A stretch of 64,000 nucleotides of DNA, from the NCBI GenBank assembly GCA_964016885.1, contig OZ024742.1:157852001-157916000 (forward strand). The letters are read 5' to 3'. Below the pieces are notes generated by a model. That model made no database searches. It saw only the letters and a list, made by a program, of their open reading frames with translations, and had not been told where the DNA came from. Numbering within the stretch: position 1 is the first letter of the stretch; each line of letters opens with the position of its first letter. The position numbers and the translations under genes are program-made. This stretch comes from Eledone cirrhosa (taxonomy: Eukaryota). This document shows, in pieces, positions 1 through 12,656 of the stretch.

Positions 1-240
1 ACGAACTGGCGCGAAATTTGATGTCCTTACTCACGTGACAATCATCAACCAACCAAATTACTCTCATACAAAAACAACAATTTGAGCCACATTTCTAAAG
101 GCAAAATAACTTTTTTTACGCGAACTGGCGGAACAATTCATTGTACTTATTCACGTGACACTCATTAACCAACCAAATTATTAAAACAAAAAAACAAAAC
201 AATTCGAGCCACTCTTTTCGAATAAACCAGAAATAACTTT
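1..240. repeat. Diverged tandem duplication, about 120 bp unit (probably PLE 3' UTR)
   Basis: cgaactggcg...tcacgtgaca.tcat.aaccaaccaaatta recurs at about 2 and 121; followed by a pLTR-like tail. Confidence 0.65.
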
Positions 241-244
241 CGAA

Positions 245-385
245 CACCAACCGGATGAAAGCAAAACCACAAACCCTCCATCTCATTCTACGTTTGATAA
301 GAACTGTGAAACCGGTAAACGAAACAAATAAATATTCTTAAGACTACAGTTGCATTTTCGATTTCTTTTCCTTATATTTTCATTC
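245..385 (+). mobile_element. Degenerate PLE pLTR 3' tail with disrupted hammerhead half (same family as the 41362-41576 foldback)
   Basis: aagaactgtgaaaccggtaaac...agactacagttgcattttcgatttc matches 41478-41560. Confidence 0.55.
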
Positions 386-1330
386 ATGTAGGACATATCG
401 TTTTTTATTTTAAAAAACACCTTTTCTTATATATATATATATATGTATATATATAGAGAGAGAGAATCGTGCCAAACTCGGTTGCCAAATTACCTTCTTA
501 AAACTCTGCCTAAAGAAAAACATCATTCCAACCACCATCAGGAATATACATCTACCCGAATGTTTACGATCACCATCCTTCGAAAACACCATCCGCCACA
601 TTCAACGCACGTTTATCAAGAAAATACTACGACACAACCACCACCAACTGCGACTCCATATACAAACGCTTTCCGAGCACATAGATCGTATAGCTCCAAC
701 CCTCACCCCTGACCACCAGGTCAAGGAAATACGCAAAGCTATCGATCAGTGTTACCACACCAGAGTCAAATATGATAAACAGCGCCTTATACGGAAATAC
801 GAATGGACTGTAAACAAATACTACAATGACAACATCCGCTCCCACAGACGGACCGACTACAACCACACCAGGGGCAACAGCTATACAACACCCTCCGCTA
901 CACCCCCCAACATCGATCTACCTACCAACGATGCTTCACACCTCGTTACCGACCTAACCGGTACCCTCACCAACGACGAACTCGAACTTCTGCGCCTCGG
1001 ACCCAAGTTCATCATTACACAGTGTCTCGATGATAGACTGAAACTCGACATCGAAACCAACTTCTGTCGGACAGCATATCAACTGAAATGGCTAACCGCC
1101 ATCCAAAACAACACCGAGATCGATTACAACCCCACAACCCACCCCACACTCCCCATATATCACCTCGACAACCCACTCCACCCCCCACCCACCAACCACG
1201 AACTTGACACTAAACTACTCAGGTTGAAACATTCTATCTCTAACATCCTTTCCCAACACACACACACAATAAACGCAACCTCACCAATGCACAATTTAAT
1301 ACTCTCACCAACCTAAGATCCAGGAACCTT

Positions 1331-3010
1331 GTGTACCTTCCCTCTGACAAGGGGAAAGAATTCTGTGTCATCTCGAGAGAGACCTACAACAACTTAGCTC
1401 TCCAACATCTTAATGACCACAGCCTCTACTCGAAAGTCACAGGGACCTCCTCGACTCTAATCGAGGAAGGCATTAACACCATATGGACTAACATCTGTGT
1501 CCAACGAAAACTGCCAAAGAAGGTAAAAAACAACATAATGACTCGAAACAGCAAACTACCCACCTTCTACCACCTGGTTAAAACACATAAACAAGGACCC
1601 GATTTGAAAATCAGGCCCATTGTCTCTAGCGTGGAGGGCCCACTCTACAAAATATCGTGGCTGCTCTCCACACTACTGAAATCCATTCTACACACACTAC
1701 CAGCCCACGTCTGCAGCTCAAAGGAGGTCTTGGAGCGACTACACCATCTGGCGCCCAACGCCAGAAAGGACAACGGTTATGCCTTCAGTCTTGATGTGGT
1801 CGCCCTTTATACCTCCGTACCAGCATCCCCAGCTGTCGACCTGTTGACCGAACGAGTCCGAGCATCTAACTTACACTGCTTCGGACTCACACACACGGAC
1901 ATCCACCAACTCCTCTCCTTCGTTGTGGATAATGCACTCTTCAATTTCCTCGGCCACACGTACAAACAAATCTCTGGGCTACCTATGGGCTCTAGTCTGT
2001 CCGGCATACTTGCGATCTCGTACATGGACCACCTGGAACGCAAGGCACTCAATACCTGCCAACCCAACGCCGTCGCCTTCTACTCCAGATACGTTGATGA
2101 CATCCTGATACTTACTTCTTCCCGGGAGATGGCGAATGAAATTCACCAAATCTTCAACGATACTGACCATCACGTCGATTTCACCATCGAACACCCAGGA
2201 GAAGACGGGTCACTCGCCCTCCTCGACTTCCGTATCAACATCTCGGAAGAAGGAGACATAAACACCACCTTCTACCGCAAAGCAGCGTGCAAGGACTTAT
2301 TTGTGCATTACAACTCAGCCCTCCCCAACAACGCTAAGAGAGGCTATGTCCTAAATGAACTGACACGGATCACTAACAGATGCAGCGACCCGATGGGTGG
2401 TCTCACCCATACCACGCAATTCCGTAATCTACTCAGATCTAATGGTTATCCCAAGCGACTGATTAACGGAATTAGAGACCCCAGACCCATTAGACAGACA
2501 CCCACTAGAAACTTAAATAAAAGCAGGTGCTTCTTTAAAATCCCCCACCTGAGTGAATATACCACGAACGCCATCCGCAGGGCCATACGGACGGAGGGAC
2601 TTGACATACATTTGGCCCACACAGGACCTTCGCTGCGAAGATGCCTCTCCAACAAACCCGACGAGTCAGATGGGACGTGTTCCCTCAGCAACTGCCCGAT
2701 ACGGGGGGCAGATTGCCTACGCACCTATGTCGTATATAAGATTCAATGCGATAAATGTAACAAGTTTTACATAGGTAGCACCATCCGACCCCTACATGTT
2801 CGTATCAAGGAACATATCAACACCAACGCATCTTCCTTCCGTAAACACATCCTTAAATGCGGAAACCCACAGGGTAGACCCTTGGTCACAGTCCTAGCGA
2901 CTGAACGCAGCATCGGATCCTTAAGGATAAAGGAAGCACTTGTTATTAAGAACCTCAGACCCCCACTTAACAACCGGGCTGAGAGAAATGAGCTGACATG
3001 GCTAACTTAA
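1331..3010 (+). CDS. PLE reverse transcriptase plus GIY-YIG endonuclease (C-terminal part of a longer, frameshifted ORF)
   Basis: PSDKG, KTHK..IRPIVS, SLDVVALYT, GLPMGS, YSRYVDD, LLDF, NGYP, Cys linker, VVYKIQC..C..FYIGST.R.L..R..EH, KEA, LN. Confidence 0.93.
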   Translation: MYLPSDKGKEFCVISRETYNNLALQHLNDHSLYSKVTGTSSTLIEEGINTIWTNICVQRKLPKKVKNNIMTRNSKLPTFYHLVKTHKQGPDLKIRPIVSSVEGPLYKISWLLSTLLKSILHTLPAHVCSSKEVLERLHHLAPNARKDNGYAFSLDVVALYTSVPASPAVDLLTERVRASNLHCFGLTHTDIHQLLSFVVDNALFNFLGHTYKQISGLPMGSSLSGILAISYMDHLERKALNTCQPNAVAFYSRYVDDILILTSSREMANEIHQIFNDTDHHVDFTIEHPGEDGSLALLDFRINISEEGDINTTFYRKAACKDLFVHYNSALPNNAKRGYVLNELTRITNRCSDPMGGLTHTTQFRNLLRSNGYPKRLINGIRDPRPIRQTPTRNLNKSRCFFKIPHLSEYTTNAIRRAIRTEGLDIHLAHTGPSLRRCLSNKPDESDGTCSLSNCPIRGADCLRTYVVYKIQCDKCNKFYIGSTIRPLHVRIKEHINTNASSFRKHILKCGNPQGRPLVTVLATERSIGSLRIKEALVIKNLRPPLNNRAERNELTWLT

Positions 3011-3064
3011 CCATAGTGACCATTCACAGCCTACGGCCTGCTATCTTCACACACACGCACGTAC

Positions 3065-3400
3065 ATGCATACCCATACACATACACACACACATCTACAT
3101 TTATACACGCACACATGTTTTTACAACCTACCACCATTCACACCCTTTGATTTCCAGCTTCTACAGCCCACTATCTTTCACTCACACACGCACTCACACA
3201 TATACACACACAGTTACACACACATGTATACCCATACGCTTACACACACACATCTATATTTATACACGCACACATGTTTTACAACCTACCACCTTTCAAA
3301 CCCTTTGATTTCCAGCTTCTACAGCCCACTATCTTTCACACACACACACACTCACACATATACACACTTACACTTATACACACACAGTTACACACACATA
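3065..3400. repeat. About 160-170 bp tandem duplication in the (CA)-rich 3' UTR of PLE 1
   Basis: acaacctaccacc...ccctttgatttccagcttctacagcccactatctttcac at about 3123-3181 and 3281-3340. Confidence 0.85.
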
Positions 3401-3620
3401 TATATTTACACACACATATTTCACGGCTTTCACACGCTAGCGCACCCTCTTGATTTAACCCGTTTGGTCAGTAGCTTTTGCCACAGCCTATCACGCGCAT
3501 GCGCATTCTTTCCCTCGTTTAAATTTTAAATAATTTTCTCTCCATAACGGCATTCCTGTCTTAACGACATCACAACTTTCTCCGCTTGGCCTGTTCCCCC
3601 CCCCCCTTTTGGAACTTTAC

Positions 3621-3652
3621 CCCGTTGATGGGCGTGAGCCCGAAATATTGGG
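3621..3652 (+). ncRNA. Degenerate minimal hammerhead motif in the PLE 1 3' end
   Basis: cccg-TTGAT-gggc(gtga)gccc-GAAA-tatt-ggg; the core departs from CUGANGA. Confidence 0.45.
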
Positions 3653-3800
3653 ATTAAATCTCCACTTCGGTAACCCTTCTACCTTTGTTTTGTTTTCATC
3701 TTTGTCTCTCTCAATTTTCACTTTCTCCTGTTTCTCCTATCTATCTTTCACTTCCCACCTCGAGATTTCCCTCTGCATTGTTGTGGCTTTCTTAACTACG

Positions 3801-3865
<65 letters not shown>

Positions 3866-4064
3866 CTAACCTGATTAGTGTTTTCGTTGTTTGGTTGCAT
3901 AGTTGGGTTTTGCCTAACGCAATTTTCGATTTGTCAAGCTATCTAAACGTAATGTTATTACTCCGAGGACCTACCCTTATTGAGTGCTTTGCTACGCATT
4001 CCTAATTGTAGGTCGACTATGCATGGCCGCAGCCAAAGCTTCGATTTTACTAGGCTTCCACTAG

Positions 4065-4132
<68 letters not shown>

Positions 4133-4850
4133 GAGAGAGAGTGGATAGAGGGAGAGATAGAGAAAGAAAGAAAGAAAGAGAGAAAGAAAGAAGGAAAGAA
4201 AGAAAGAAAGAACAAACAAACAATGAAAGAAAGAAAGAGACAAAGCGTGAGAGAGGTACTTCTGAAAAAAAACATTGAGACGTGTATGTTGTTGTTCATT
4301 TCTTGTTTGTTGGTGATTCTGATACATGTATTACCTGACCCTGTTTACTCAATACTAGCCTTTATAATCTATGTTATAACATAATAGATTGTTTCATACA
4401 TACATTTCTTCAGATTTCACATGATTTTGTGGACTAAATAGGATTACAGAATACGGCGAAATCAGAATTACCAAAATGTAATATATGAATTAAAGCCTCT
4501 TAGAATGTCTTTACCATCATATAACTATTATGCAATATACACCTAATGATATTACCAGGTTCCTACGTAACAGGGCTACTGAAATGTAGTTAGTGTTGCA
4601 CAAATAAAAGAAAATGATATTTCACCTGTCCGGCATCCTGTGATTCTACCATACACACACACCACCCCTACCCCAAACCCATATATATATACACATATTT
4701 GTGTGTGTGTATGTGTGTGAGTGTATGTATGTATGTGTTTGTGTGTATACAAATGTCAAGAATGGAAAAATAACAAATGTTTAATGTTTATGCTTCTCAA
4801 TAAAACAGCTCAATGGACTTTGTCTAGAGCCATAATAATTCAGGTATAAA

Positions 4851-4898
<48 letters not shown>

Positions 4899-4899
4899 T

Positions 4900-4945
<46 letters not shown>

Positions 4946-5485
4946 TGTGTGTGCGTGCGCGTGTGTGTGTGTGTATAGAGAGAGAGGTAGGACCATATAT
5001 CATGAGAAAACACAATATATTTCGCATATTGCACAGGGCACATATTTCAAAGTAAAGTATGTAAAATTGATGGAATTAAAAAAGCTCCCTATAGCGCTAT
5101 TTCATATTGTGTAAACCATAACTTATAATCTATCTATGTAATCGATTATAAATCACAATTTATCGATTATGATTAAGGTATGGGGGAACATCAACACTCT
5201 TTGAGGGACGGTCTCATCGATCTATGGGAAATAATGAAGATGCAAGAATAGTATATAAAACAATATACCTGTGTATATCAAGAGAAACGTTCAAGGAAGG
5301 TCGCATCAGTTTAAAAGCAGCTAGGCGTTACTATCAAATGAATATGTTGGATTTTGGGGCTTCTCAATAAACCAGCTCAATAGACTTTTAGTCCAGAGCC
5401 ACATCTAAAATGTACATAACAGCCGATATTTAATACATTGAAGTGTTCAAATGCAAAACAGTTTCTTCATGTTTACTATCTCTCC

Positions 5486-5516
<31 letters not shown>

Positions 5517-5729
5517 AATAAATACATACACAAGCACAATAACAACAAGCACATAAACACACACTAGTCACCCATCACACAGCAAACAACACTATACACA
5601 CACACAAACGCATGCGCAAAGAAGACAAAATAAAATAAAATAAACAAACAAGCAAATAAATAAATAAATATATAGACAGACTGAATAAAAATGGCGTAGA
5701 CATCCAACACAACAGGAGGAAAATATAAC

Positions 5730-5771
5730 ACCACTGACGGTGTTGCAGATGTGCAACGAAAGATTTATGAT
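5730..5771 (+). ncRNA. Mutated hammerhead in the 5' pLTR of PLE 2
   Basis: CTGACGG-t-gttgca(gatg)tgcaac-GAAA-gattta; core A9 changed to G. Confidence 0.5.
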
Positions 5772-5973
5772 AAACTATATATATGTGTTTATGTCTATAT
5801 TGTATCTGTATTATTTTTGACCGTCGATCAGTCAATGGCAACATTGAGGACCGAGTAAGTTAGATTACCGATATAAAAGACAGCGAGAAGCGAAAACCAA
5901 CCAAACAGTGAGTGTGTTCTGTTATTAATTCTGGCAATATTACACAAATATGACCCTCCCCAAGTATAACAAC

Positions 5974-6010
<37 letters not shown>

Positions 6011-6059
6011 ACTGTTTCTACTTTTGGCACAAGGCCAGCAATTATCCAGTGTATTACTG

Positions 6060-9000
6060 GGGATGTTCTTATAACTATATTGATATCGTCTACCCAGATA
6101 ACATCAACAATATCCGTATGACTGATGTAAAGCTACCGGAAGAATATACCAATGACCACACAGTAAATATTTATGGGAACACTTTAATCAGTGAACAAGA
6201 ACAACAAATCCTGCGGCTACCACCAAAATTTGAATCTATAAAAAGATTAACCCTATTGAGTGCAAAACGGAGCTGGAAAAGTGTTTCACAAAAATACGTT
6301 GGAATGCAAAAGTAAACAACAACAACAACAATAATAACGGTAGTATAATATAAACAATAACTCTGAGTATAGAAATAACAGCCATAACAATAACAATAGC
6401 AGGAGAGTGAGAAATAGTAATAATGGTAATAATACTAACGATAGACAGGACAACAACAACAACCACAATAATAATAATAATAGAAACATTAACCACAGAC
6501 ACAGCAGCAGCGACCACAGTAGTAATAACGGTAACAATACGAACAACAACAACAACAATAACCACAGTGGTAATAATGGAAATAATACATGTAGCAACAT
6601 CAATGATAGACACAACAAACACAATAAACATAATAAAAGTAACGACCACAATGGTAGAAATAACAGTAACAACAACAATAACGGTGAAGTAAACAACAAT
6701 ACATCTAGCAATCATAACAATAATAATAATGCTAATGATATGAACAACAACAGCCACCATGATAACCATAATAGCAACACACACAACTATGACGATAGAT
6801 ATAATGACAACCCCTTAGAGAAACTATTTTTCAACCCAGGTGACAAAACATATAAGATGGGGTAATATCTATCCTACGAGGTTACCCTTTAATAAAAGAG
6901 TTTGCATACCACAAGAAATAGATGACGAGACAGAGGCACAGTTCACCATAGCTAGAAATAAGATTAGACAAAGCAGAGAGACAGAGCATAAGAGACAGAG
7001 CATAAGAGACAGAGCATAAGAGACAGAGCAGACCAGAGGCCCAACAACTTGGGAGGAAACCTGTAGAAGGCTTGGTTAGCCTCAAGCAGCGCACAAGGGA
7101 TGGTGAGGTAGTATGTCTACCCACGGATAAGTCTGGTAGGATGTCAATAGATAGCATGCCAAACTACATCAAGGCTATGCAACCCCACATCACCAACACG
7201 AGCGAAATTGCACAGCAAACACATGATGGGAGAGAGAAAATCATCAACGCTCACATGATGATGTGGACTGACATCCTAAAGCCAAGCAGACGCACTGCCA
7301 ATAACTTCCAGGCGTCTAACAATGTCATACCACATTTGTATGGGCTCCGCAAAGACCACAAGACAGTCGACGATCCGACAACAGGATCACCAACAAGACC
7401 CGTATGCGGAGGTAATATAACTAGCAACTACAGGATCTCCTACTTCCTCTGAATGGTTATACGCCCCATAATCAAGATGTCCCCAGATGTATGTGACAGT
7501 ACAGAGGACCTCCTCAGCAGAATCAGTGAGTGCAACAAAAACAGGAACCTATCCAACTGCATAATAGGCAACATGGATGTGGTATCACTGTACCCATCCA
7601 TTAACATTGATTTTCCTGTGGAAAAATGTGTGGAGATGATCATTGAGAGTGAGGTGGAGTTCTGCGACGTCGACACAGACGAACTGGGCCTCCTACTTAG
7701 ACTTACCTACGACACTGACTACCTAGACAGCCATGACGTTTCTGCCCTAGTAGACCCATAAGAGGTAGACACCCCACCATAACCTCAATGGCAAAAAAGA
7801 CTCCCATGGGAAGGTGGATTGGGTGGACCAAAGCTATACGGATCCCCCAAAACAATGATCAGGTAAGAAAAATGGTCACACATGCAATAGGGCCTATTAT
7901 CAAAACTACCCTAAAGGGCCACATATTCAAGTTCAACGAGAAGATCTACACCCAAAATGGGGGAGCAGCCATTGGCGTCAGCATAGCTGGTGATGTTGCC
8001 AACCTTTTCATGGTATGGTGGGAAAGGAGACTTAAAGATCTCCTTAATGAGCGCTCCATAGACCGTTATCATGTACTCTCGTTACGTAGTCGATATCAAT
8101 ATAGTTATAAGAACATCCCCACTAGAGAGCACTAACAAGTTTGATTTTGAACGTAGCACAAAGGAAAGCATCCAGCAGATAGCTAATTCCATCCACCAGA
8201 GTATAACTGTAACTATCGACTTCCCTTCCAAACACCCTAACAATAGACTACCTGTATTAGACACGGAACTCTGGATTAACACTATAGACGAGAGAGCCCA
8301 AATTCTCCACTCACACTATGCTAAACCCATGGCCTCCAAATACCTGTTACTCAAAAACTCAGCAATGTCCAGTAGTGCTAAGTTTAATATTCTGATCGCA
8401 GATTTGGTACGAGTGATGAAGAATGTGTCCCGCATGTGCGACCCAACAGAAATGGAAAAACACATCCAACACTTCATCAACCGCATGCAGTTCTGTGGCT
8501 ACCACCAAAGAGACAGAATCAGAGTATACGAAGGAGCCATGGAGAAGTATAAGACCCTCATAGAACTGGACATGAAAGGAATGTGTCCATTATAAAGGAG
8601 CAAATCATGGAATAGCTTAGATAGGGCTAGACATAAGATAGGGAAAGCCACCTCATGGTATGACAACCAGAGATACCAGAGTGTCATGTTTGTGGACGCT
8701 ACCCCAGGAGGGAAATAGGCTAACCAGTGTAGAAAGGCCCTGAGAAAGACCCACTTAAAGATTAAGTTGGTAGAAAAGCCAGGAGCCACCATAACATCCC
8801 TGATCAGCAAAAACCTACCCTTTTAAGAAAACCCACTGTACTAATAGGAAATGTATCATATGTAAGGTAAACCCCCGGATAAACTGTAAAACTAGAAACG
8901 TAGTCTATAGCATAAGATGTACACAAGCTACTTGCAGAAACATGACAACATACATAGGCGAGACAGCTCGTAGCATAGGTGAAAGGATAGACCAACACTG

Positions 9001-9238
9001 GGGGGAACTACAAGGACGAAAAAACGGGTCCGTACTATACGAACATGCCAGACAACAACACGATGGTAACATAGACAACATAGAAATTAGAATAATATCT
9101 AAACCTAGAAATGACTCACCAGATAGACAAATCAGAGAGGCCAGTGAAATAGAACCTAGAAGGCCAAGACTAAACAGAAAGAATGAATGGGATAACAACA
9201 ACACCCAAACAAACAACACTGACCTAAGAGAAGTATAA
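6060..9238 (+). pseudogene. Frameshifted RT/GIY-YIG ORF of PLE 2
   Basis: ORF pieces 5950, 6407, 7072, 7453, 7788, 8071 and 8942 are colinear with the 1278 aa ORF at 59260. Confidence 0.9.
6976..7030. repeat. 14 bp minisatellite expansion (agagacagagcata) about 4 copies inside PLE 2
   Basis: Direct reading. Confidence 0.85.
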
Positions 9239-9514
9239 ATAAATAAATAAATAGATAATTAAATAGATAGATACATACACAAGCACAATAACAACAAACA
9301 CATATAAACACACACTAGTAAAGATAGAATACATTAACCGATACACAGTCACCCAATCACGAACACACATCAAACAAAACACTATACACACAGGCAAACG
9401 CATGCGCAAAGAAGGCAAAATACAATAAACAAACAAACAAATAAATAAATAAATATATAGACAGACTAAATAAAAATGGCGTAGACATACAATGTAACGG
9501 GGGGAAACAATAGC

Positions 9515-9556
9515 ACCACTGACGATGTTGCATGTGTGCAACGAAAGAACTTTGAT
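9515..9556 (+). ncRNA. Minimal hammerhead motif in the 3' pLTR of PLE 2
   Basis: CTGACGA-t-gttgca(tgtg)tgcaac-GAAAG-aa-CTT; helix I imperfect. Confidence 0.65.
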
Positions 9557-9784
9557 AAACTATATATATGTGTTTGTGTCTATATTGTATCTGTATTATT
9601 TTTGACCGTCGGTCAGTCGATGGCAACATTGAGGACCGAATAAATTAGATTACCGGTATAAAAGACACAGAAGCGAAAAGCGACAACCAACCAAACAGTG
9701 AGTGTGTTCTGTTATTAATTCTGACAATATTACACAAATATGACCCTCCCCAAGTATAACAATATATATATATATATATATATA

Positions 9785-10023
9785 TAATATACAAAAACGA
9801 AAAATCAGTGATGCATCAAGACTCAGTTTATTGCGTGTTACAATTGTTTCGCCGGCAGATAATTTGCTCCGAAAGCATTGCATGTTTCTGAAGAACTTGC
9901 AGTTGTAGAATCAGGCGGATCCATACAATGATCATGTCTCGAGCTATCTGCCGGCGAAACATTTGTAACACGCAATAAACTGAGTCTTGATGCATCACTG
10001 ATTTTTCGTTTTTTTATATTATT
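9785..10023. repeat. Foldback unit, arms about 77 bp, with HHR 3' half and AATAAA pointing outward
   Basis: 9785-9861 is the reverse complement of 9945-10023; ccggcGAAACatttGTA...aataaa. Confidence 0.9.
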
Positions 10024-10120
10024 CACACTTTGGTCTGTAAGAACATTGAGTGCTCCACTGGCATACCGCCTATGGAAACTCCATAGCTACCATTAAACAC
10101 ACGTATATATATATATAATT

Positions 10121-10293
10121 ACAACAGTGAAATAAACAGATACTCAAGTTTCGTTGGGTTCTGAGTCCCAATTCATTCAGCCTGTCATGAGAAAAATAGA
10201 AACATTGATGGCCATTGTTTTTCTGTAGACAGGTTGAATGAATTGGGGCCCAGAATCCAACGAAACTTGAGTACCCGTTTATGTCACTGTTAT
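10121..10293. repeat. Foldback unit, arms about 66 bp, each carrying a hammerhead variant
   Basis: 10121-10186 is the reverse complement of 10228-10293. Confidence 0.88.
10136..10185 (-). ncRNA. Hammerhead variant with CUGAAUGA core
   Basis: acagg-CTGAATGA-a-ttggg(actcagaa)cccaa-c-GAAAC-ttga-GTA-tctgt; helices I, II and III all pair; mirror copy at 10229-10278 (+) has TTGAATGA. Confidence 0.65.
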
Positions 10294-10387
10294 AACCATT
10301 TATACTAAACTCTTCCTATGTTCTGAGTGCTCTTACACTTGGATATTTCCACTTAACATTTACTTCAGTACATATATATATATATGT

Positions 10388-10433
<46 letters not shown>

Positions 10434-10872
10434 CTAGAGAGGGAGAAAGTAGAGAGAATGAGAGAGAGAGAAGAGAGAAAGATGTTGGGAGATTGTCAGA
10501 AAATTGGGAATTGAAAAATTGGTATGAGAAATCATTCGATAATTAAACACAGAGAGAGGCAACTATAAACCTGTTAACCGTTAAACGGTGATTATTATGT
10601 GTTTCGTCTCTTCAATCATCCTATGTCTACGTAAAAACAAATGACTGTCCTGATGACTCACTGACCTCTTCTCCTTAAATGCCCAGAGAATAATTAAATG
10701 TAGCAGATTTCATATCAAACCGTTAATTTCAGAAGAGATATTTTATTTACTTATAATTCGAAGCGATATTACTGTTTCAATAATACTAGATGGGTGAACG
10801 AGGCCTATCATCTTTATATATCTATCTAACTATCAATCTGTCTCTGTATCTTTCTTGATTTCTCCCTCTGTG

Positions 10873-11078
<206 letters not shown>

Positions 11079-11169
11079 TGAGTGTGTTTGTACATATGTA
11101 TGTTAAATTGCATTCTCCATTTTTTTTATGGCGTAGTGCAATATAAATTTGTTATTGAAGAATGTTCCC

Positions 11170-11930
11170 TACCTCCTTTTCTTTTACATAAAGGAACGAT
11201 TTCTCTTTCCCAACAATATTTCTGTCAAATTCTATGAATAAATGTATGAGGAGGCAATGTTATTGCCTGAATTCTTAATTATAATGTCCCGCAAGTAGTT
11301 TCTCCATCCATCCTTGGTTGTATTCGCCTACTGAGAAAATATTGCAACACCTCACAATTTTTACTGCTCACGACGAGGTGACCCGTTTAATGACTTTCTC
11401 CGCAGTTTAGTTTTGTTTCCTAAATATTAGAAAATAGCTTGTGTTATAAAGGCAGAATGTATATGTATATAGTTCAAGATAGATAGGACGAACGCACTGA
11501 TATTATAGCAGATAATTGTATTAGCTCCACCCATGTTGAAAAATGAAAATGAATGTTCTAACGTGTGGCACGTTAGTGCTCAGTAGGAAGTAGCAACATT
11601 CAGAGAAAGTGTTGACTGGAAGGCTGGGAAGATGGGAAAATTGTTAGAGAGAAAAACGTTGTATCAGGATCGGTTGAAGATGAGGGAGGAGGAATTAAAT
11701 GAAAGCGAAAAGGCAATCGAGGTAAAGGCAATAGAGGAACAAAAAAGAAAGAGATCGAAGAAAAAAGGGTGGAAGGTCATCGAAGGTCACGGAAGGTAAG
11801 TACAATGCAGGATCAGTTGAACAATATCAGCACCTCAAGTTTTGTGAGTATTCTGATGGTAATACGTGGGTTGTCGGAAGGGTTGGCGGGTAGAGTGCCA
11901 AATACTGGGTAAACATGTAAGCGTTGAAAT
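11170..11930 (-). pseudogene. Possible highly decayed PLE C-terminal remnant
   Basis: Minus-strand fragments resembling C..C...VGE and LRDI; purine skew like 16300-16900. Confidence 0.25.
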
Positions 11931-12175
11931 ATGGTTTAAGATAAAGCAGACACACACAGAGAGATATCTACCTAGAATATTTACATTCTACCTGTATAAC
12001 TTTCAGATCACACACGGATTACCCACTTCGGATAACTAGATTTTTTAACTGCCCAACCACATGGAAACACGTAATTTAGAGGCTTATAGACTCTATCACC
12101 TATAATATATTAAAACAGACATACTGATTTGTATAATGTTAATGATTACGTCGGATTTTAATACGATATTTATTA

Positions 12176-12260
12176 AACTTGTTTTTTATAGAAGACGAAG
12201 TGTATGATATATTGTATCTACATATACAGAATATATATATATATATATATATATATGCAG

Positions 12261-12291
<31 letters not shown>

Positions 12292-12346
12292 TCTATATAT
12301 ATATATACAATATATCATATACTTCGTCTTCTATAAAAAACAAGTT
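12176..12346. repeat. Inverted repeat (about 42 bp arms) around a (TA)-rich spacer
   Basis: aacttgttttttatagaagacgaagt / acttcgtcttctataaaaaacaagtt. Confidence 0.9.
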
Positions 12347-12391
12347 ATATATATATATATATATTTATTAAATTAACAGATTAAAGTTTTG

Positions 12392-12656
12392 TTCCCGTTC
12401 TTTGCCAGCGAACGTTTCCACGAACCAAAGTATCGTCTTCCTGTCTTCCTCCGGTTGCAACGTGTTTTGAAATATCTACTTCTGCGTTTACAGATTGACT
12501 TTGTTAGTTTCAGAAGATCCCGTTAAGGGTGAAAGCACCGATTCTTTGCTTAACTTTAATCTGTTATTTTAATAAATATTTGCTCTACGGTTCTTATATA
12601 TTTGATATATATTTATCCTTATCCTCTTTGGATTTTAGTCTTGAAATTTATTATTA

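Larger units (their letters stand above)
467..3808 (+). mobile_element. Penelope-like element 1 (5'-truncated; N-terminal region frameshifted, RT-GIY-YIG open, (CA)-rich 3' UTR, ends at (TA)n)
   Basis: N-terminal motifs ITFLKLCLKKNIIP (about 497-535) and ELELLRLGPKF (about 975-1010), then ORF 1331-3010; HHR-like relic at about 3621-3652. Confidence 0.9.
5520..9765 (+). mobile_element. Penelope-like element 2, decayed, with direct pLTRs (about 5520-5975 and 9270-9765); relative of the intact element at 59-63 kb
   Basis: Fragments LPTDKSGR, YGLRKDHK, MDVVSLYPSI, GAAIG, YSRYVVD, LPVLD, YIGETARS across several frames; terminal direct repeats; (TA)n on both sides. Confidence 0.92.

Noticed and set aside
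4405-4600. Candidate host exon after a tttcttcag acceptor (similar candidate at about 13425)
   Set aside because: Stops occur in all three frames shortly downstream
5225-5300. aatgaaga...gaaacgttc hammerhead-like spacing
   Set aside because: The core lacks C3 and the helices do not pair convincingly
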